DNA of 64,000 nucleotides from an uncultured delta proteobacterium (GCA_963767925.1 CAVYGB010000002.1:2144001-2208000); one strand, 5' to 3'; positions 26,047-36,546 are shown, counted from the stretch's first letter. Notes: generated by a model not told the origin, from the letters alone. Numbers and translations: made by a program.

Positions 26047-27939
26047 ATGCCTGCGACCGCGCAACCGATCCCACCAGCCAGCTCACCGGCCGCGACCGCC
26101 TCCACCAGCCAGATCCTGCGTCGCCTGTTCCGGTTTGCCTGGCAATACCGGAAGGACTGCCTGGCCGTGCTCAGCTACCAGGCCGTCCTGCTGGCCCTGG
26201 GCCTGGCCGGTCTCGGCGCCGTCGGGCAGGCGGTCGACACGATCCGCGCCGCCCTCGACAGCAGCGCCACCGCCCCGCGCTGGCTGTTCGGCTGGCAGCC
26301 GCCGGCGGGGGTCGGCCCCCTGTCCCTCACCATCGGCCTGGCGGTGCTGGTGCTGCTGATGGCCGCCCTGCGGGCGCTGCTCAACTACCGCTACTCCATC
26401 GCGGTCGGTCGCCTCCTGCAGCTCGACATCGTGCCCCGCCTGCGCTCGGAGGTGTTCGACAAGCTCCTGCGCCTCGACTTCCGCTTCTTCGACGCCAACG
26501 CCTCGGGCTCGATCATCAACCGGGTCACCGGCGACGTGCAGTCGCTGCGCTCGTTCATCGACGGCGTGCTCATCCAGAGCGTGATCCTGCTGCTCTCGCT
26601 GGCGGTCTACCTGATCTACATGCTGGGCAAACACGTGCCCCTCACCATCGCCTGCCTGGCCTCCACGCCCCTGCTCTGGGTGGGCACCGCCCTGTTCTCG
26701 CGCTGGGTGCAGCCGGCCTACGCCGAGAACCGCAACCTGGCCGACCAGCTCGTGCTGGCCCTGTCCGAGGGGGTGCAGGGGATCGAGGTGGTGCGCGGCT
26801 TCGGCGGCGAGCGCCAGGAGCTTGCCCGCTTCGCCGCCCGCAACCGCGAGCTGTCGCAGCAGCAGCAGCGCATCTTCTGGCGGGTCAGCCTGTTTTCCCC
26901 GGGGGTCAGCCTGGTGGGCCAGGTGAACCTGATGGTGCTGCTGTTCTACGGGGGCTTCGCCGTGCGCTCGGGCACCCTGTCGCTCGGCGACCTCATCGTG
27001 TTCGCCGGGCTGCTGCAGCAGTTCTCCGGGCAGATCACCAACCTCGCCGGGGTGGTCAACACCCTCCAGCAGAGCCTGATCGGCGCCCGCCGGGTGTTCG
27101 AGGTGCTCGACGCCCCCGTCGCCGTCCGCAGCCCCGGCTCGCCCATCAAGCTGCCCCGGGTCACCGGCGCGGTCCGCTTCGAGGGGGTGCACTTCGCCTA
27201 CACCCCCGGCGCCCCGGTGCTCGAGGGGGTCGATCTGCAGGTGGGGGCGGGCGAGCGCATCGCCGTGCTCGGGCAGACCGGGGCGGGCAAGACCACCCTG
27301 CTGTCGCTGCTGCCCCGGTTTTACGACCCCACCGCCGGTCGGGTCGCGATCGACGGCCACGACGTGCGCGCGCTGGATCTGCCCTTCCTGCGCCGCCAGA
27401 TCGGGGTGGTCTTCCAGGAGAGCTTCCTCTTCTCCGACACGGTGGCGGGCAACATCGCCTTCGGGCAGCCGGGGGCCGACCGGGCCCAGATCGAGCGCGC
27501 CGCCCGCCTGGCCCGGGCCCACGACTTCATCGTGACCCTGCCCGCTGGCTACCAGACCCGGGTGGGCGAGGGGGGGCACGGCCTGTCGGGCGGGCAGCGC
27601 CAGCGCCTGGCTCTGGCCCGGGCCCTGCTGCTCGAGCCGCACATCCTGCTGCTCGACGATCCGGCGGCCGCCCTCGACCCCGGCACCGAGGAGGAGCTGT
27701 TCTCCGCCCTCGAGAGCGCCACCGCCGGCCGCACGACCTTCATCATCGCCCACCGCCTCAGCACCCTCCGGCGCGCCGACCGCATCATCGTGCTCGACGG
27801 CGGGCGCATCGTGCAGCAGGGCACCCACGACGAGCTGATGCGCGAGGGGGGCACCTACCTGCGGGCGATGACCCTGGAGGTCGTCGACGCCGTCCCCACC
27901 CTGGCCGCCCAGGCCGCTACAAAAACGGGGGACGCGTGA
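26047..27939 (+). CDS. Heterodimeric ABC exporter subunit 1 (degenerate site)
   Basis: GQTGAGKT, LSGGQRQR, LLLDDP, AHRLST. Confidence 0.93.
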   Translation: MPATAQPIPPASSPAATASTSQILRRLFRFAWQYRKDCLAVLSYQAVLLALGLAGLGAVGQAVDTIRAALDSSATAPRWLFGWQPPAGVGPLSLTIGLAVLVLLMAALRALLNYRYSIAVGRLLQLDIVPRLRSEVFDKLLRLDFRFFDANASGSIINRVTGDVQSLRSFIDGVLIQSVILLLSLAVYLIYMLGKHVPLTIACLASTPLLWVGTALFSRWVQPAYAENRNLADQLVLALSEGVQGIEVVRGFGGERQELARFAARNRELSQQQQRIFWRVSLFSPGVSLVGQVNLMVLLFYGGFAVRSGTLSLGDLIVFAGLLQQFSGQITNLAGVVNTLQQSLIGARRVFEVLDAPVAVRSPGSPIKLPRVTGAVRFEGVHFAYTPGAPVLEGVDLQVGAGERIAVLGQTGAGKTTLLSLLPRFYDPTAGRVAIDGHDVRALDLPFLRRQIGVVFQESFLFSDTVAGNIAFGQPGADRAQIERAARLARAHDFIVTLPAGYQTRVGEGGHGLSGGQRQRLALARALLLEPHILLLDDPAAALDPGTEEELFSALESATAGRTTFIIAHRLSTLRRADRIIVLDGGRIVQQGTHDELMREGGTYLRAMTLEVVDAVPTLAAQAATKTGDA

Positions 27940-29768
27940 GCGCCCCGCCGCGCCCGGGCGATCCCGATCCCGACGAGCCGGAGGTCGACCGCCGCCCGCT
28001 CGACGCCGGCCTCATCCGCCGCCTGCTCGCCTTCACCCGCCCTCACGCCCGCAAGCGCAACCTCCTGTTCGGGCTCGTCGTCCTGCGCGCCATCCAGCTC
28101 CCGGCGCTGGGCTGGGCGGTGGGGGCGGTGCTGTCGGGGCCCATCGCCAACCTCGACGGCCCCGGCACCCTGCTGGGCGCGGTGGGGTTCTTCGTGCTCG
28201 CCCTCAGCACCGAGCTGAACTTCCACTTCCGGGTGCGCCTGGCCCTCGAGTTCGGCGAGTCGATGGTGCACGACCTGCGCAACCGGGTGTACCAGCACCT
28301 GCTGGCCATGCCGGTCAGCTACTTCCAGGCCCGCACCGGCCGGGTGGGGCGCCTCATCAGCCGCACCATCTCCGACGTCGACGCCATCCGGGTGGGCGTG
28401 CAGGACGTGGCCTTCGCCGGCGTGGTCCAGCTCGGCACCATGATCGGCGCCGCCGCCCTCATGATCTACCACGACGCCCTGCTGTTCCTCGTGGTGCTGG
28501 CCCTGGTGCCCCTGCTCTGGCGCCTCATCGCCCACTTCCGCCGCAAGCTCGAGAGCGCCCACCGCGCCGTCCACGAGAGCTACTCCAAGGTCACCTCCAC
28601 CCTGGCCGAGTCGGTCACCGGCGTGAAGGTGACCCAGGGCTACGTGCGCGAAGACATCAACGGCGGCCTGTTCCGCCAGCTCATCGATCTGCACTCCCGC
28701 AACAACATGGAGGTCGTGCGCCACTCCTCGGTCTTCCTGCCGATGCTCGAGTTCAACGGGCAGGTCTTCATCGCCACCTTGCTGGCGGTGGGCGGCGCCC
28801 AGGCGCTGGCCGGGGACGTCGAGATCGGGGCCCTCGTGCAGTTCCTCTTCCTGGCCAACCTGTTCTTCAACCCCATCCCCGTGCTCGGCACCCTCTACAA
28901 CCAGGCGCTCACCGCGATGGCCGGGGCCGAGCGGGTGTTCAAGCTGCTCGACACGCCCCCCGCCTGGGCCGACGCCCCCGACGCCCAGCCGCCGCCGCCC
29001 GTCGAGGGGCGGGTCGAGTTCCGGCGGGTCACCTTCGGCTACGGCCAGGCCCCGCCCGCCCTGCGCGAGGTCAGCTTCCTGGCCGAGCCGGGCCAGACCA
29101 TCGCCCTGGTCGGCCCCACCGGCAGCGGCAAGAGCACCATCTTGTCGCTCATCGCGAAGTTCCACCTGCCCGGCAGCGGCGAGATCCTCATCGACGGCCG
29201 CGACCTGCGCGCGCTCACCGGCGACGGCCTGCGCCGGCAGATGGGCACCGTCCTGCAGAACAACTTCCTCTTTTCGGGCACCGTGCTCGACAACATCCGC
29301 ATCGGCCGCCCCGACGCGGGCGACGAGGAGATCCGCGCCGCCGCCGCCCGCCTCGGCGTCCTCGACCTGATCGAGGACCTGCCCCGGGGGCTCGACACCC
29401 GCATCGGCGAGAAGGGGGGCGGCCTGTCGCTGGGGCAGCGCCAGATCGTCTGCTTCTGCCGGGCCATGGTGGCCGACCCGCGCATCCTCCTGCTCGACGA
29501 GGCAACCAGCGCGGTCGACACCTTGACGGAGCTGCGGCTGCAGCGCGCGCTGGCCAAGCTGCTGCGCGGGCGCACCAGCTTCGTCGTGGCCCACCGCCTG
29601 TCGACAATCCGCCACGCCGACCGGCTGCTTGTCATCGAGGCCGGGCGCGTCGTCCAGACCGGCACCCACGCCGAGCTCGTCGCCCGCGACGGCCTGTACG
29701 CGTCGCTGCACCGCGCCTTCGTGCGCGCCACGGCGCCGAGCAGCGCGCCAGCGGTGGCGGAAAATTGA
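27936..29768 (+). CDS. Heterodimeric ABC exporter subunit 2
   Basis: GPTGSGKS, LSLGQRQ, LLLDEATS, AHRLST; GTGA overlap. Confidence 0.93.
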   Translation: MSAPPRPGDPDPDEPEVDRRPLDAGLIRRLLAFTRPHARKRNLLFGLVVLRAIQLPALGWAVGAVLSGPIANLDGPGTLLGAVGFFVLALSTELNFHFRVRLALEFGESMVHDLRNRVYQHLLAMPVSYFQARTGRVGRLISRTISDVDAIRVGVQDVAFAGVVQLGTMIGAAALMIYHDALLFLVVLALVPLLWRLIAHFRRKLESAHRAVHESYSKVTSTLAESVTGVKVTQGYVREDINGGLFRQLIDLHSRNNMEVVRHSSVFLPMLEFNGQVFIATLLAVGGAQALAGDVEIGALVQFLFLANLFFNPIPVLGTLYNQALTAMAGAERVFKLLDTPPAWADAPDAQPPPPVEGRVEFRRVTFGYGQAPPALREVSFLAEPGQTIALVGPTGSGKSTILSLIAKFHLPGSGEILIDGRDLRALTGDGLRRQMGTVLQNNFLFSGTVLDNIRIGRPDAGDEEIRAAAARLGVLDLIEDLPRGLDTRIGEKGGGLSLGQRQIVCFCRAMVADPRILLLDEATSAVDTLTELRLQRALAKLLRGRTSFVVAHRLSTIRHADRLLVIEAGRVVQTGTHAELVARDGLYASLHRAFVRATAPSSAPAVAEN

Positions 29769-29792
29769 CCAGCACCGCTTATGTAGGATACT
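29765..29792 (+). promoter_or_regulatory. Putative sigma70 promoter giving a leaderless PilZ mRNA
   Basis: TTGACC-16 nt-GATACT, 6 nt before ATG 29799, no SD. Confidence 0.4.
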
Positions 29793-29798
29793 TCCGAC

Positions 29799-30191
29799 AT
29801 GAGCGTACAGTTGCGGGCGGACCTGGCGTCGCTGATCGAACCCGAGCGACGGCTGGGCCCGCGGATGGCGGTCGAGATGTACCTGAACGCCTACGTCGAG
29901 GATTGCCCGCGGCGGGGCTTCACCATGAACATCAGCGAGCACGGGCTGTACCTGTTCACCCTGCCCGACAAGGGGCTGCCCCCCGGCAAGACCATCGGTC
30001 TGGAGTTCGCCCTGCCCGGGATCCGGGAGACGATCTGGGCGGCGGGCGAGGTTTGCTTCGATGAGAACGACGACTACTTTCAGGGGCAGGGGATTCGCTT
30101 CACCGCCATGGCCCAGCTCCACGCCCGCCTGATCCGCCACTTCTGCTGGCAGACCGCCGCGGGCATCCCCTCGATCGCGGGCGGACGGTGA
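29799..30191 (+). CDS. PilZ-domain protein
   Basis: ERRLGPR (RxxxR), NISEHG (D/NxSxxG), GIRF. Confidence 0.85.
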   Translation: MSVQLRADLASLIEPERRLGPRMAVEMYLNAYVEDCPRRGFTMNISEHGLYLFTLPDKGLPPGKTIGLEFALPGIRETIWAAGEVCFDENDDYFQGQGIRFTAMAQLHARLIRHFCWQTAAGIPSIAGGR

Positions 30192-31255
30192 CGGTCGCGG
30201 CGATCGATACGCGCGTCGAGGCCATCCCGCTCTCGCGCCCGTACACGATCGCCTTCCGCACGGTCACCGCCATCGAGACGGTGATCCTCCGGATCCGCGA
30301 CGCCGAGGGGCGGGTGGGCCTGGGGGCCGCCTCGCCCGAGCGGCACGTGACCGGCGAGACCGACACCGCTTGCCAGGAGGCGCTGGCCCCCGGCGCGCTG
30401 GGCTGGCTGATCGGGCGACCGCTGCACGGGCTGCCGGCGCTGGCCCGCGAGCTGGCCGCGCGGATCCCCGCCGCCCCCGCGGCCCGGGCGGCTGTCGACA
30501 TGGCGTTGCACGACCTGGCGGCGCAGCGGCTGGGCCTGCCGCTGTGCGATCTGCTGGGCCGGGCGCACGAGGAGCTGCCCACCTCGATCACCATCGGCAT
30601 CAAGTCGGCCGAGGAGACCCTGGCGGAGGCCGACGAATATGTCGGCCGCGGCTTCCTCTCGCTCAAGGTCAAGGTCGGCCGCGCGCTCGACGAGGACCTG
30701 GATCGGCTGCGCCGGCTGCGGGCCCACGTCGGGCCGGACATCCGGATGCGCGCCGACGCCAACCAGGGATATACCCTGGAGGAGACGGCGCGCTTCCTGG
30801 CCGCCACCCGCGCGCTCGACCTCGAGCTTGTCGAGCAGCCGGTGAAGGCGGCCGCCACCCGCTCGCTGTCCGCGCTGAGCGAGGCGGACCGCCGGTTGCT
30901 GTGCGCGGACGAGAGCTTGCTCGCGCCGCAGGACGCGCTGGCGCTGGCGGCGCCGCCGGCCCCGTGTGGAATTTTCAACATCAAGCTGATGAAGTGCGGC
31001 GGCGTCTGGCCCGCGCTGCAGATCGCTGCCATCGCCGAGCTCGCCGGCATCGGGCTCATGTGGGGCTGCATGGACGAGAGCCGGATCGGGATCAGTGCCG
31101 CTCTGCACGCGGCCTTCGCCTCGCCGGCCACGCGGTTTCTCGATCTCGATGGCAGCTTCGACCTCGCGCGCGACGTGGCGGAAGGCGGTTTCGTCCTGAA
31201 AAACGGCCGCCTGCGCACCACCTCCGCGCCGGGCCTCGGGCTGCGCGCGCTCTGA
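30188..31255 (+). CDS. Dipeptide (L-Ala-D/L-Glu) epimerase, enolase superfamily
   Basis: KVKVG, DANQG, EQP, ADES, NIKLMKCGG, GCMDES, DLDG. Confidence 0.88.
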   Translation: MTVAAIDTRVEAIPLSRPYTIAFRTVTAIETVILRIRDAEGRVGLGAASPERHVTGETDTACQEALAPGALGWLIGRPLHGLPALARELAARIPAAPAARAAVDMALHDLAAQRLGLPLCDLLGRAHEELPTSITIGIKSAEETLAEADEYVGRGFLSLKVKVGRALDEDLDRLRRLRAHVGPDIRMRADANQGYTLEETARFLAATRALDLELVEQPVKAAATRSLSALSEADRRLLCADESLLAPQDALALAAPPAPCGIFNIKLMKCGGVWPALQIAAIAELAGIGLMWGCMDESRIGISAALHAAFASPATRFLDLDGSFDLARDVAEGGFVLKNGRLRTTSAPGLGLRAL

Positions 31256-31257
31256 GT

Positions 31258-31338
31258 ACAGCGCCAAACAGCGCCAAACAGCGCCAGCAACAGCGCAGAA
31301 AGCGCCAGAAAGCGCCAAACAGCGCCAGGCAGCGCCGA
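31258..31338. repeat. Degenerate ~10-bp tandem repeat (consensus ACAGCGCCAA), about 8 units
   Basis: AGCGCC core recurs at roughly 10-bp spacing right after the epimerase stop. Confidence 0.75.
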
Positions 31339-31516
31339 CACGCGAGACCACGCCCGCGCGCGACCCGAGACGCGCTCAGGACCGACTGGCGATCCCGCGG
31401 CGGGCGCGCCGCGCGCTGCGTCTGTCACGATTGGTGACTTGGAGATGTGCTAGCTTCGTCGATGGCTGGCGATCGGAGCTGCTGGCTTCAATCGCCCTCT
31501 AGAACACGGACTCGGG

Positions 31517-32371
31517 ATGGGAGAGCTAACAAGCTGGATGCTGGGTGATCTGACCCCCCGGGCGCGGGTTTACACCGCGCTCGCGCCGGCGTTGCTCGTC
31601 TCGGCCATCTTCGTCACCGGGTACTTCGCCTTCATCGTGCGCTCGCTGATCTGGGGCGTGCCCCGGCAGTACGAGACGGAGATCCGCGGCCGCACTGCCC
31701 TGATCGGCGCGCACCTGCGGGTCGCCTTCTTCTGGTTCATCAACCCGTTCTGGCGGCTGCTGCTGGCCTCCGGGCTGTCGGCCAACGCGGTCACCGGCAT
31801 CGCCGCGCTGATGGGCCTGGGGGCGGCGCTGGCGGCGGCGCTGGGCCGCTTCGCCCTGGCCGGCTGGCTGTTCATCTTCGCCGGCATCCTCGACGTGCTG
31901 GACGGGCGCCTGGCGCGCGCGCGCAAGGAGGCCACCCCGGCGGGCGCGGCCATCGACTCCATCCTCGATCGCTACACCGACTCGCTGATGCTGGTCGGGC
32001 TGGGCTTTTATTACCGCAACAGCTGGGTGCTCATCCCCGTCTTCCTGGCCCTGCTGGGGACCTCGGTCGTCCCCTACGTGCGCGCCAAGAGCGAGGCCCT
32101 CGGCTTCCCCGTGCAAGACGGGCTCATGCAGCGGACCGAGCGGATCGCCTACCTCGGCAGCGCGGTGGCGCTGGCCCCGATCTTCGAGGCCCTGGTCTTC
32201 CCACACGACCGCCACCCCATGCACTGGCTGGCGGTGGGCGGCATCGTGTTCCTCTGCGTGACCAGCAACGCCACCGCCATCAGCCGCTTCGTTCGCCTGG
32301 TGCGGGCCATGACGGCAGCCGGCACCCCCGGCCCCACCCCCCTCGAGCAGAAAAAAGACCGCGCCGCCTGA
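31517..32371 (+). CDS. CDP-alcohol phosphatidyltransferase
   Basis: ANAVT, DVLDGRLAR..GAAIDSILDRYTD signature, YVRAKSE, MQRTER. Confidence 0.9.
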   Translation: MGELTSWMLGDLTPRARVYTALAPALLVSAIFVTGYFAFIVRSLIWGVPRQYETEIRGRTALIGAHLRVAFFWFINPFWRLLLASGLSANAVTGIAALMGLGAALAAALGRFALAGWLFIFAGILDVLDGRLARARKEATPAGAAIDSILDRYTDSLMLVGLGFYYRNSWVLIPVFLALLGTSVVPYVRAKSEALGFPVQDGLMQRTERIAYLGSAVALAPIFEALVFPHDRHPMHWLAVGGIVFLCVTSNATAISRFVRLVRAMTAAGTPGPTPLEQKKDRAA

Positions 32372-32432
32372 GCGCGCCGCCGGGGCCAACGGCGGCCGGC
32401 AAGCTGACAGCGAGCGGACGGCGAGCGGTCTG

Positions 32433-33152
32433 CTAGCCGCCGAAGCGGGACTGCTTGGCGTCGTTGGCGAACATCTTCACGGTGTCGAGGGAGACGTCCT
32501 CGAGGGCCCGGCCCAGCAGGGGGAGCTTGGCCAGCAGGTCGTGGGTGAGGGTGATGACGTGGCAGCCGGCGGCGTCGGCGTGGGCCAGGTTGAGCAGCTC
32601 GCGCGGGCTGGCCCACAGCAGCTCGATCTGACGCTGGGGCCGGGCCAGCTCGACCGCCTCGGCCACCAGGGGGGCCGGGTCGCGGCCGGTGTCGGCGATG
32701 CGCCCGGCGAAGATCGACACAACCGACGGCGGGCCGCCTTGCAGGGCGGGCAGCACCTCGCGCACCTGGGCCAGCGTGCAGATCGCGGTCACGTTCACCT
32801 TGATGCCCCGGGCGCACAGGCGCGCGATCAGCGGGACGGCGCTCTCGCGGCGGGTGTTGGTGATGGGGATCTTGACGTAGACGTTGGCCCCCCAGGCGGC
32901 GATGGTGGCCGCCTCCCGCTCCATCTCGGCGAACTCGTCGGCGAACACCTCGAAGGAGATCGGCCGGTCGGGCACCGCGGCCAGCAGCTCGCGGGCGAAG
33001 GCGGGGTAGTCGGTGATGCCCGCCTTGCGCATGAGGGTGGGGTTGGTGGTGAAGCCCTTGATGAGGGGGTTGCGGTAGAGGGCCAGGATGCCGGCCAGGT
33101 CGGCCCCGTCGGCGAAGATCTTCACGCGCAGGTCGTCCAGCCGCAGGCTCAT
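32433..33152 (-). CDS. tal: Transaldolase (short type)
   Basis: IFADGAD, GFTTNPTLMRK, ISFEV, YVKIP, FAGRIADTG, WASPRE. Confidence 0.9.
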   Translation of the reverse strand: MSLRLDDLRVKIFADGADLAGILALYRNPLIKGFTTNPTLMRKAGITDYPAFARELLAAVPDRPISFEVFADEFAEMEREAATIAAWGANVYVKIPITNTRRESAVPLIARLCARGIKVNVTAICTLAQVREVLPALQGGPPSVVSIFAGRIADTGRDPAPLVAEAVELARPQRQIELLWASPRELLNLAHADAAGCHVITLTHDLLAKLPLLGRALEDVSLDTVKMFANDAKQSRFGG

Positions 33153-33715
33153 GTCGTCCTCTCCGCCGGCGTCACCGCCGCTGGCCCGGGGAGGGCCGAG
33201 ATCCAGGGGAGCGCGTCGAGCAGCGAGGGCACCGCCAGATCGTAGCCGACCGCGGCCGGCTCCTGGTAGCCGGTGCCCGTGATGTAGACGGTGCGGGTGC
33301 CGGCGCGGCGCCCGGCCTCGATGTCGCGCCAGCGGTCGCCCACCATCACGCTGCGCCCGAGGTCGATGCCGTGGTCCGCGGCCGCCGCCAGCAGCAACCC
33401 GGGCGCCGGCTTGCGGCAGGGGCAGCGGTCGGCGTCATCGTGGGGGCAGACCCGGGAGTCGTCGATCGGCAGCCGCGCGGCCAGGGCGACCTGCAGGGCC
33501 GCCACCAGCTCGGCGCTGGTCTGGCCCCGGGCGATGTCGGGCTGGTTGGTGACGACGACCAGGAACCAGCCGTCGGCCGCCAGGCGGCGGGTCGCCTCCT
33601 GCACGCCGGGCAAGATCTCCAGCTCGTGCAGGCCGCGCGGCGGGTGGGGCACGCCGTCGACGACGAAGGCCCGGTTGAGCACCCCGTCGCGATCGAGGAA
33701 CACCGCCCGCCTCAC
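33149..33715 (-). CDS. gmhB: D,D-heptose 1,7-bisphosphate phosphatase
   Basis: FLDRDGVLN, VTNQ, CPH..CPCRKPAPG, GDRWRD. Confidence 0.88.
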   Translation of the reverse strand: MRRAVFLDRDGVLNRAFVVDGVPHPPRGLHELEILPGVQEATRRLAADGWFLVVVTNQPDIARGQTSAELVAALQVALAARLPIDDSRVCPHDDADRCPCRKPAPGLLLAAAADHGIDLGRSVMVGDRWRDIEAGRRAGTRTVYITGTGYQEPAAVGYDLAVPSLLDALPWISALPGPAAVTPAERTT

Positions 33716-34665
33716 GCCGGCCCCCGCATGGCGGCCAGCGAGCGGCGGATGGCCTCCCGGCTGCTCGAGGCGCAGCGCCAGCCGAGGGCCTGGATGCGGT
33801 CGGTGTTGAGGCGCACCACCGGGACGTCGCCCTTCCAGCCGCGGGGGCCGCCGGTGAAGTCGTAGCGGACGGCGCCGGGGGCGAGGCCCAGGCAGGCGAC
33901 CGCCAGGTCGGCGATCTCGCGGACCGTGAGGTAATCGCCGGTGGCGACGTTGAAGACCTGGTAGGGGCCCTCGGCCCGGGTGTGGGCCAGCAGCACGGCG
34001 GCCATCACGTCCTCGACGTGGATGTACGACTTGGACTGGCTGCCGTCGCCGAGGATGCGCAGGCTGCCGGGCTCGCGGCGGAGGGCGTTGAGGAAGTCGA
34101 AGCCTACCCCGTGGGTCTGGCGGGGGCCCACCACGTTGCCGAAGCGGAAGGCCCGGCCGACCATCCCGAACATGTGGGCGTAGGAACAGATGATCGCCTC
34201 GCCGGCCAGCTTGCTGGCGCCGTAGGTGGAGACCGGCAGCAGGGGCCCCCGGTCCTCCTGGCACTCGGTGGTGCCGACGTCGCCGTAGACCCCGCTGCCC
34301 GAGGCGTACAGGATCCGGCGGGCGCCGGTCCGGCGCATGGCCTCGACAACGTTGTGGGTCAGCACCGTCCCCTCGTCGAAGTCGATGGCCGGCTCGGTCA
34401 TGGCCCGGGCGATGTCCGGGTTGGAGGCGAGGTGGATGACGATCTCGTGCCCGGCCATGGCCGTCTGCAGCGCGGGCAGGTCCTTGGCGTCGCCGCGCAC
34501 CGCCCGGAAGCGGGGGTCGGTGATGTGGGCGTGGTGCTCGGTCCGCCCCGAGGAGTAGTTGTCGTAGATGGTGACGCCGGCGGTGGCCGGGTCGGCCAGC
34601 AGCCGCTCCACGAAGTGGCCGCCGATGAAGCCGGCGCCGCCGACGATGAAGACCGGGCCGCTCAT
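33712..34665 (-). CDS. NAD-dependent sugar epimerase/dehydratase
   Basis: GGAGFIG, HLASNPD, YGASK, RFGNVVG, GDGSQSKSY. Confidence 0.9.
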   Translation of the reverse strand: MSGPVFIVGGAGFIGGHFVERLLADPATAGVTIYDNYSSGRTEHHAHITDPRFRAVRGDAKDLPALQTAMAGHEIVIHLASNPDIARAMTEPAIDFDEGTVLTHNVVEAMRRTGARRILYASGSGVYGDVGTTECQEDRGPLLPVSTYGASKLAGEAIICSYAHMFGMVGRAFRFGNVVGPRQTHGVGFDFLNALRREPGSLRILGDGSQSKSYIHVEDVMAAVLLAHTRAEGPYQVFNVATGDYLTVREIADLAVACLGLAPGAVRYDFTGGPRGWKGDVPVVRLNTDRIQALGWRCASSSREAIRRSLAAMRGPA

Positions 34666-35291
34666 TTGACCGACTCCCACTTGGTGCTCGTGCGTTGCAG
34701 GGCGGGGTGGCTGACCAGCAGGTGCCAGACGACGGCGCACAGCCCCTCGGTGTGGGGGGTGATCCGCGCGCCGTGCAGGGGCGGGATGACGACGCAGGCC
34801 TCGGCCACCTGGGCGGTGAAGCCCCCGTCGCGCCCGACGATGCCGAACACCTTGGCCCCCCGCTGGCGGGCCAGCTCGGCCGCCCGCACCAGGCAGGCCG
34901 AGATGTTCTTGCTGGCGTCGCCGCCGCCCACCGAGAAGATCAGCAGGCCGTCGCGGGCCTGCAGGCGCGAGACCTCGAGCCAGGCGGCGAAGGCGCCCTC
35001 GAACCCCTCGTCGTTGATCCGGGCGGTCAGCTCGGACACGTTGTCGGTGGGGGCGTAGGCCTCGAAGCCGCACAGCTTGCGGAAGTCGTTGACCGCGTGG
35101 CTGGCGTGCCCGGCCGAGCCGCCCACCCCCAGCAGGAACAGGCGCCCGCCGCCCTCGCGCACCTGGGCCAGGCCGGTGGCCAGGCGCTCGATGGCCCCCG
35201 CGTCGAGGGCCCGCACGATCTCGATCGTCTCGTCCAGGTAGCTGCGGGCGAACATGGTGCGGGCCGGGGCGATCGCTTCAACGCCGGCCAT
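34662..35291 (-). CDS. gmhA: Sedoheptulose-7-phosphate isomerase (SIS)
   Basis: GVGGSAGHASHAVND, TARIND, SVGGG, TPHTE; alternative start 35255. Confidence 0.8.
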   Translation of the reverse strand: MAGVEAIAPARTMFARSYLDETIEIVRALDAGAIERLATGLAQVREGGGRLFLLGVGGSAGHASHAVNDFRKLCGFEAYAPTDNVSELTARINDEGFEGAFAAWLEVSRLQARDGLLIFSVGGGDASKNISACLVRAAELARQRGAKVFGIVGRDGGFTAQVAEACVVIPPLHGARITPHTEGLCAVVWHLLVSHPALQRTSTKWESVK

Positions 35292-36546
35292 ACAGCGCCA
35301 CGGCGTGAACGATCAGCGTGAAGGTGAAGGTGACGAAGCCGGCGATGATCGCCATCAGGCCGATGACCGCCAGGTGGTTCTGCCAGGCCAGGCTGTCGAG
35401 CGACAGCCCGTGGCGCAGGTAGCGCAGCACGAGGGGAACGGCGAGGGCCACCCCCCCGGCGAACAGCGCGGCCGAGCCGAACACGGTGCGCGTGTAGGGG
35501 AAGATCTTCAGCCAGCGCCGCCGCTCGGCCTCCGACTGCCCGTACAGGGTCTGGGCGATGCAGCCCAGGTAGAAGCTCTGCAGGCCGAGGCCGAACAGGG
35601 CCATGCCGAGCATCTGCCAGTGCAGCGAGAGCGTGATCGGCCCCAGGGTGGCGGGGCCCAGCGCGGCGGGGAGGCTGAACAGCAGGCCGATCAGGGCGAG
35701 GAGGATCCCGGGCTTGAGGAGGAAGAAGTCCGCCCCCGAGACGAACATCGCCCGCAGGTTGATCCAGGCCGCCTTCCAGGGGGAAAACCAGCCCGAGCGC
35801 TTGTGGTGCGACAGGCGCCCCTCGCGGTCCTTGAGGAAGTGCACCGGCACCTCGGCGGTGCGCAGGCCCATGCGGACCGACTTGAGCACCATCTCCGAGG
35901 CGTACTCCCAGGACTGCGAGCGCAGGTCCATGCGGGCCAGCGCCTCCCGGGTGATGCCGCGCATGCCGCAGTGGATGTCCGAGAAGCGGCTGGCGTAGAC
36001 GACGTTGAGGATCCAGGTGGTGACGGGGGTGCCGAGGTAACGGTGCAGCGGCGGCATGGCCCCCGCTTCGATCGACCCGCGGAAGCGCGAGCCCATGATG
36101 TATTCGTGGCCGGCCCGGAACTGCTCGACGAAGGGGGCCAGGGCCCGGAAGTCGTAGGTGCAGTCGGCGTCGCCCATCAGCACCCACTTGCCGCGGATGA
36201 AGGGGAGCGCGTCGATGTAGGCCCGGCCCAGTCCGCGCCGGGGCGCCTGCAGCACGCGGGCCCCGTGGGCCAGGGCGATCTCGCGGGTGCGGTCGGTCGA
36301 GCTGTCGACGATGAGGATCTCGCCGCGCACGCCGGCCCGGGCCAGCCCCTCGTGGCACCAGGCCACGAAGTCGGCGATGGTCAGCTCCTCGTTGAGAGCG
36401 GGGATGACGATCGAGACCTCGGGATCGGGCTCGTCGTTGGCGGGCGCGTGCAGCACCACCTGGGGGTCCAGACCGGCCAGCAAGCTGGGCCCCGGCAGGG
36501 TCCCCCGGGGATCGCCAGGCTCGTTCCTCGAGGGGGATGTGCTCAC
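35278..36546 (-). CDS. DPM1/GtrB-like GT2 with C-terminal TM helices
   Basis: SIVIPALNEE, VDSSTD, GDADCTY, GSRF, SDIHCGMR; four hydrophobic C-terminal segments. Confidence 0.88.
   Translation of the reverse strand: MSTSPSRNEPGDPRGTLPGPSLLAGLDPQVVLHAPANDEPDPEVSIVIPALNEELTIADFVAWCHEGLARAGVRGEILIVDSSTDRTREIALAHGARVLQAPRRGLGRAYIDALPFIRGKWVLMGDADCTYDFRALAPFVEQFRAGHEYIMGSRFRGSIEAGAMPPLHRYLGTPVTTWILNVVYASRFSDIHCGMRGITREALARMDLRSQSWEYASEMVLKSVRMGLRTAEVPVHFLKDREGRLSHHKRSGWFSPWKAAWINLRAMFVSGADFFLLKPGILLALIGLLFSLPAALGPATLGPITLSLHWQMLGMALFGLGLQSFYLGCIAQTLYGQSEAERRRWLKIFPYTRTVFGSAALFAGGVALAVPLVLRYLRHGLSLDSLAWQNHLAVIGLMAIIAGFVTFTFTLIVHAVALYGRR

Noticed and set aside
27640..27680. Walker B LLLDDP as a sign of an inactive ABC gene
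   Set aside because: A degenerate site is normal in heterodimeric exporters and the partner has a canonical DE
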